Assembly: GCA_963836075.1 (NCBI GenBank)
Contig: CAWIIB010000009.1
Coordinates: forward strand, 2,112,001 to 2,176,000
DNA from: an uncultured Acidobacteriota bacterium
GTDB taxonomy: Bacteria > Acidobacteriota > JAQAZP01
DNA length: 64,000 nucleotides
Reading direction: 5' to 3'
Position 1 is the first letter of the stretch. The number at the start of each line of letters is the position of its first letter. Under the pieces are notes generated by a model, which saw only the letters and a list, made by a program, of their open reading frames with translations, had not been told where the DNA came from and searched no databases. Positions 62,567-64,000 of this stretch are shown in pieces. Both the position numbers and the translations under genes were made by a program.

Positions 62567-63505
62567 TCAGGCGGTTTTCTTGATCACCACCAGGCTGATG
62601 TCGTCGGAGGGCAGCGCCCAGGCCAGCAGGTCGTTCTTTATGCTGGCCACGATGTCTCGGGACGAATGGTCCTTGACCTTTTTCAGTACGGTCTCCAGGC
62701 GGTGCGGGTACCAGGGGTGCTCCTGGCCGCCGTGCTCGGACAGCCCGTCGGTGAACAGCAGCAGGATGTCGCCCACCCCCATCAGGCTGATCTCGTTGGC
62801 GGTGTAACGGTCCTTGTAGCCCAGCGAGGGCTCCAGGTCTATCCCGTCGATGTCCCCCTTGGCCGGCATGGTGCCGATGGGGGGGAAGATGGTCAGGTGG
62901 TCCGGGCAGATTTCCACGAAACAGTCCCACTCGTGGGAAAAGACCCGGGGCAGCGGGTGGGCCGCGCTGAGGAAACGGAAGGTGCCGTCATCGGCGATCT
63001 CGCCATAGATCATGGTCAGATACTTGGTGATCCGCGACGACTTGTGAAACCGCACGTTGATGTTTTCGAAAAGCCGGGCGGTGACCTCGCCGGAAAAGTC
63101 CATCTCGTAGCGGATGCCCAGCAGAAACGCCTGGTGCAGCATGGCGGCCAGCAGGTGGTCGGTGATGCGGTGCCCGGACACATCGGTGAGCAGCACGCCG
63201 GCCCGGTGCCTTGCCTGCTCCAGCTTGACCGCCACCGCGGGCCGGTCGGTGCGGCGCGCTTCCAGAATGCGGGCGTCGAGGTCGAAGCGGTTGGAGAAGT
63301 CGACGTAAATCAGGTGGTCGCCGCCGATGACACCGTTGAGCGGAATGGTCTCGCCATAGATGTCGATCCCCTCCAGCTGCGGGATGTCTCCCGAGGAGGG
63401 TTTGAGGTTCTCGGCGATGGACTGGAAGTTGGCCAGCTCGTCGGCGAGGGTCTCGAGGTATTGCTGGCGCTTCCAGTTGTGTGAGGTGCTCATGCCGTCC
63501 GTCAC
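62567..63505 (-). CDS. SpoIIE/PP2C-family Ser/Thr phosphatase
   Basis: IGGD, TDVSGH, SAAHP, FTDGL and DDISLVVIK motifs. Confidence 0.88.
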   Translation of the reverse strand: MTDGMSTSHNWKRQQYLETLADELANFQSIAENLKPSSGDIPQLEGIDIYGETIPLNGVIGGDHLIYVDFSNRFDLDARILEARRTDRPAVAVKLEQARHRAGVLLTDVSGHRITDHLLAAMLHQAFLLGIRYEMDFSGEVTARLFENINVRFHKSSRITKYLTMIYGEIADDGTFRFLSAAHPLPRVFSHEWDCFVEICPDHLTIFPPIGTMPAKGDIDGIDLEPSLGYKDRYTANEISLMGVGDILLLFTDGLSEHGGQEHPWYPHRLETVLKKVKDHSSRDIVASIKNDLLAWALPSDDISLVVIKKTA

Positions 63506-63646
63506 TCCATAATCTCCCGCTCTGCCGGTCCCCGCCGCGGTTCCTCAGCAAGGACGGAAGAGTGTAACATAAGAGCGGCGGGCAATCCGACATCCATTTG
63601 GCAGGCCGGGGCGCAGGCGATCCTGGGCTCCGGAGGAGCACTGGCA

Positions 63647-64000
63647 ATGAAAGTGGCGCTGATCTATCCTCCATACTCGGCGGCCATCGCGCCACACCTC
63701 GCACTGCCCGCGCTCACCGCCTACCTTCGACGGGAAGGCCGGGAGGTGGTGCAGGCCGACGTCAACCTCTGGCTGCACCGCTGGCTGCTGACCCCCCGGG
63801 CACTGGAGCATCGTCAGGGGGAACTGGAGGAGGAGCGCCGCGGACTGGCCGCCGGGCCGGAGGACCGCCCCCGTGCGTTGAACCTCGAGGCCTGGATCCG
63901 GATCATCCCCCAGCTGGCTTCCCGGATCGAGGAGAGCGGGGAGGCCTTGCGCCGCCGGGAAACCTGGCGGATGGACCCGCAGAGCGGCCGGGGCGGCCAC
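63647..64000 (+). CDS. N-terminus of another B12-binding radical SAM protein, paralogous to 6231..8390 (runs off the window end)
   Basis: Not in the ORF track. ATG 63647 after GGAGGAG: MKVALIYPPYSAAIAPHLALPALTAYLRREGREVVQADVNLWLHRWLL, which aligns with MKTYLVFPPHWTATEPYLSCPALTAFLRAHGQEVRQQDANVEFFRYLL. Confidence 0.75.
   Translation, partial: MKVALIYPPYSAAIAPHLALPALTAYLRREGREVVQADVNLWLHRWLLTPRALEHRQGELEEERRGLAAGPEDRPRALNLEAWIRIIPQLASRIEESGEALRRRETWRMDPQSGRGGH

Overview
High-GC bacterial chromosomal window, probably Acidobacteriota-like (inferred from the 'MIKxDI' HU protein and the gene repertoire). The standout is an apparently uncharacterised RiPP locus at about 4.7-13.3 kb. It has three tandem paralogous 86-88 aa Gly/Ser-rich precursor genes with a YxKP...FETSALA|CGKT leader, a conserved core and a C-terminal Ser. 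Upstream on the same strand is an operon encoding an HPr-kinase-like P-loop protein, a PqqD/RRE, a radical SAM/SPASM enzyme and an S24/S26 peptidase. Two B12-binding radical SAM genes, one with a C-terminal RRE, converge on the precursors from the other side. Sigma54 -24/-12 boxes lie upstream of both the precursors and a nearby PDZ-histidine kinase/NtrC pair. The rest of the window is mostly cell-envelope glycan genes (GT-C, GT2 and GT4 transferases, gmd, a GME-like epimerase, WcaJ- and WecA-like transferases, DegT, a HddA-like kinase, four AlkP/sulfatase-like proteins). These are interleaved with purH, csp, selA, selB, tatA, an IorAB-like molybdoenzyme, and signalling genes. One gene appears frameshifted. 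Both window ends cut through genes missing from the ORF track. No rRNA, tRNA, CRISPR array or mobile element was recognised. All calls come from reading motifs by eye; no database searches were run.
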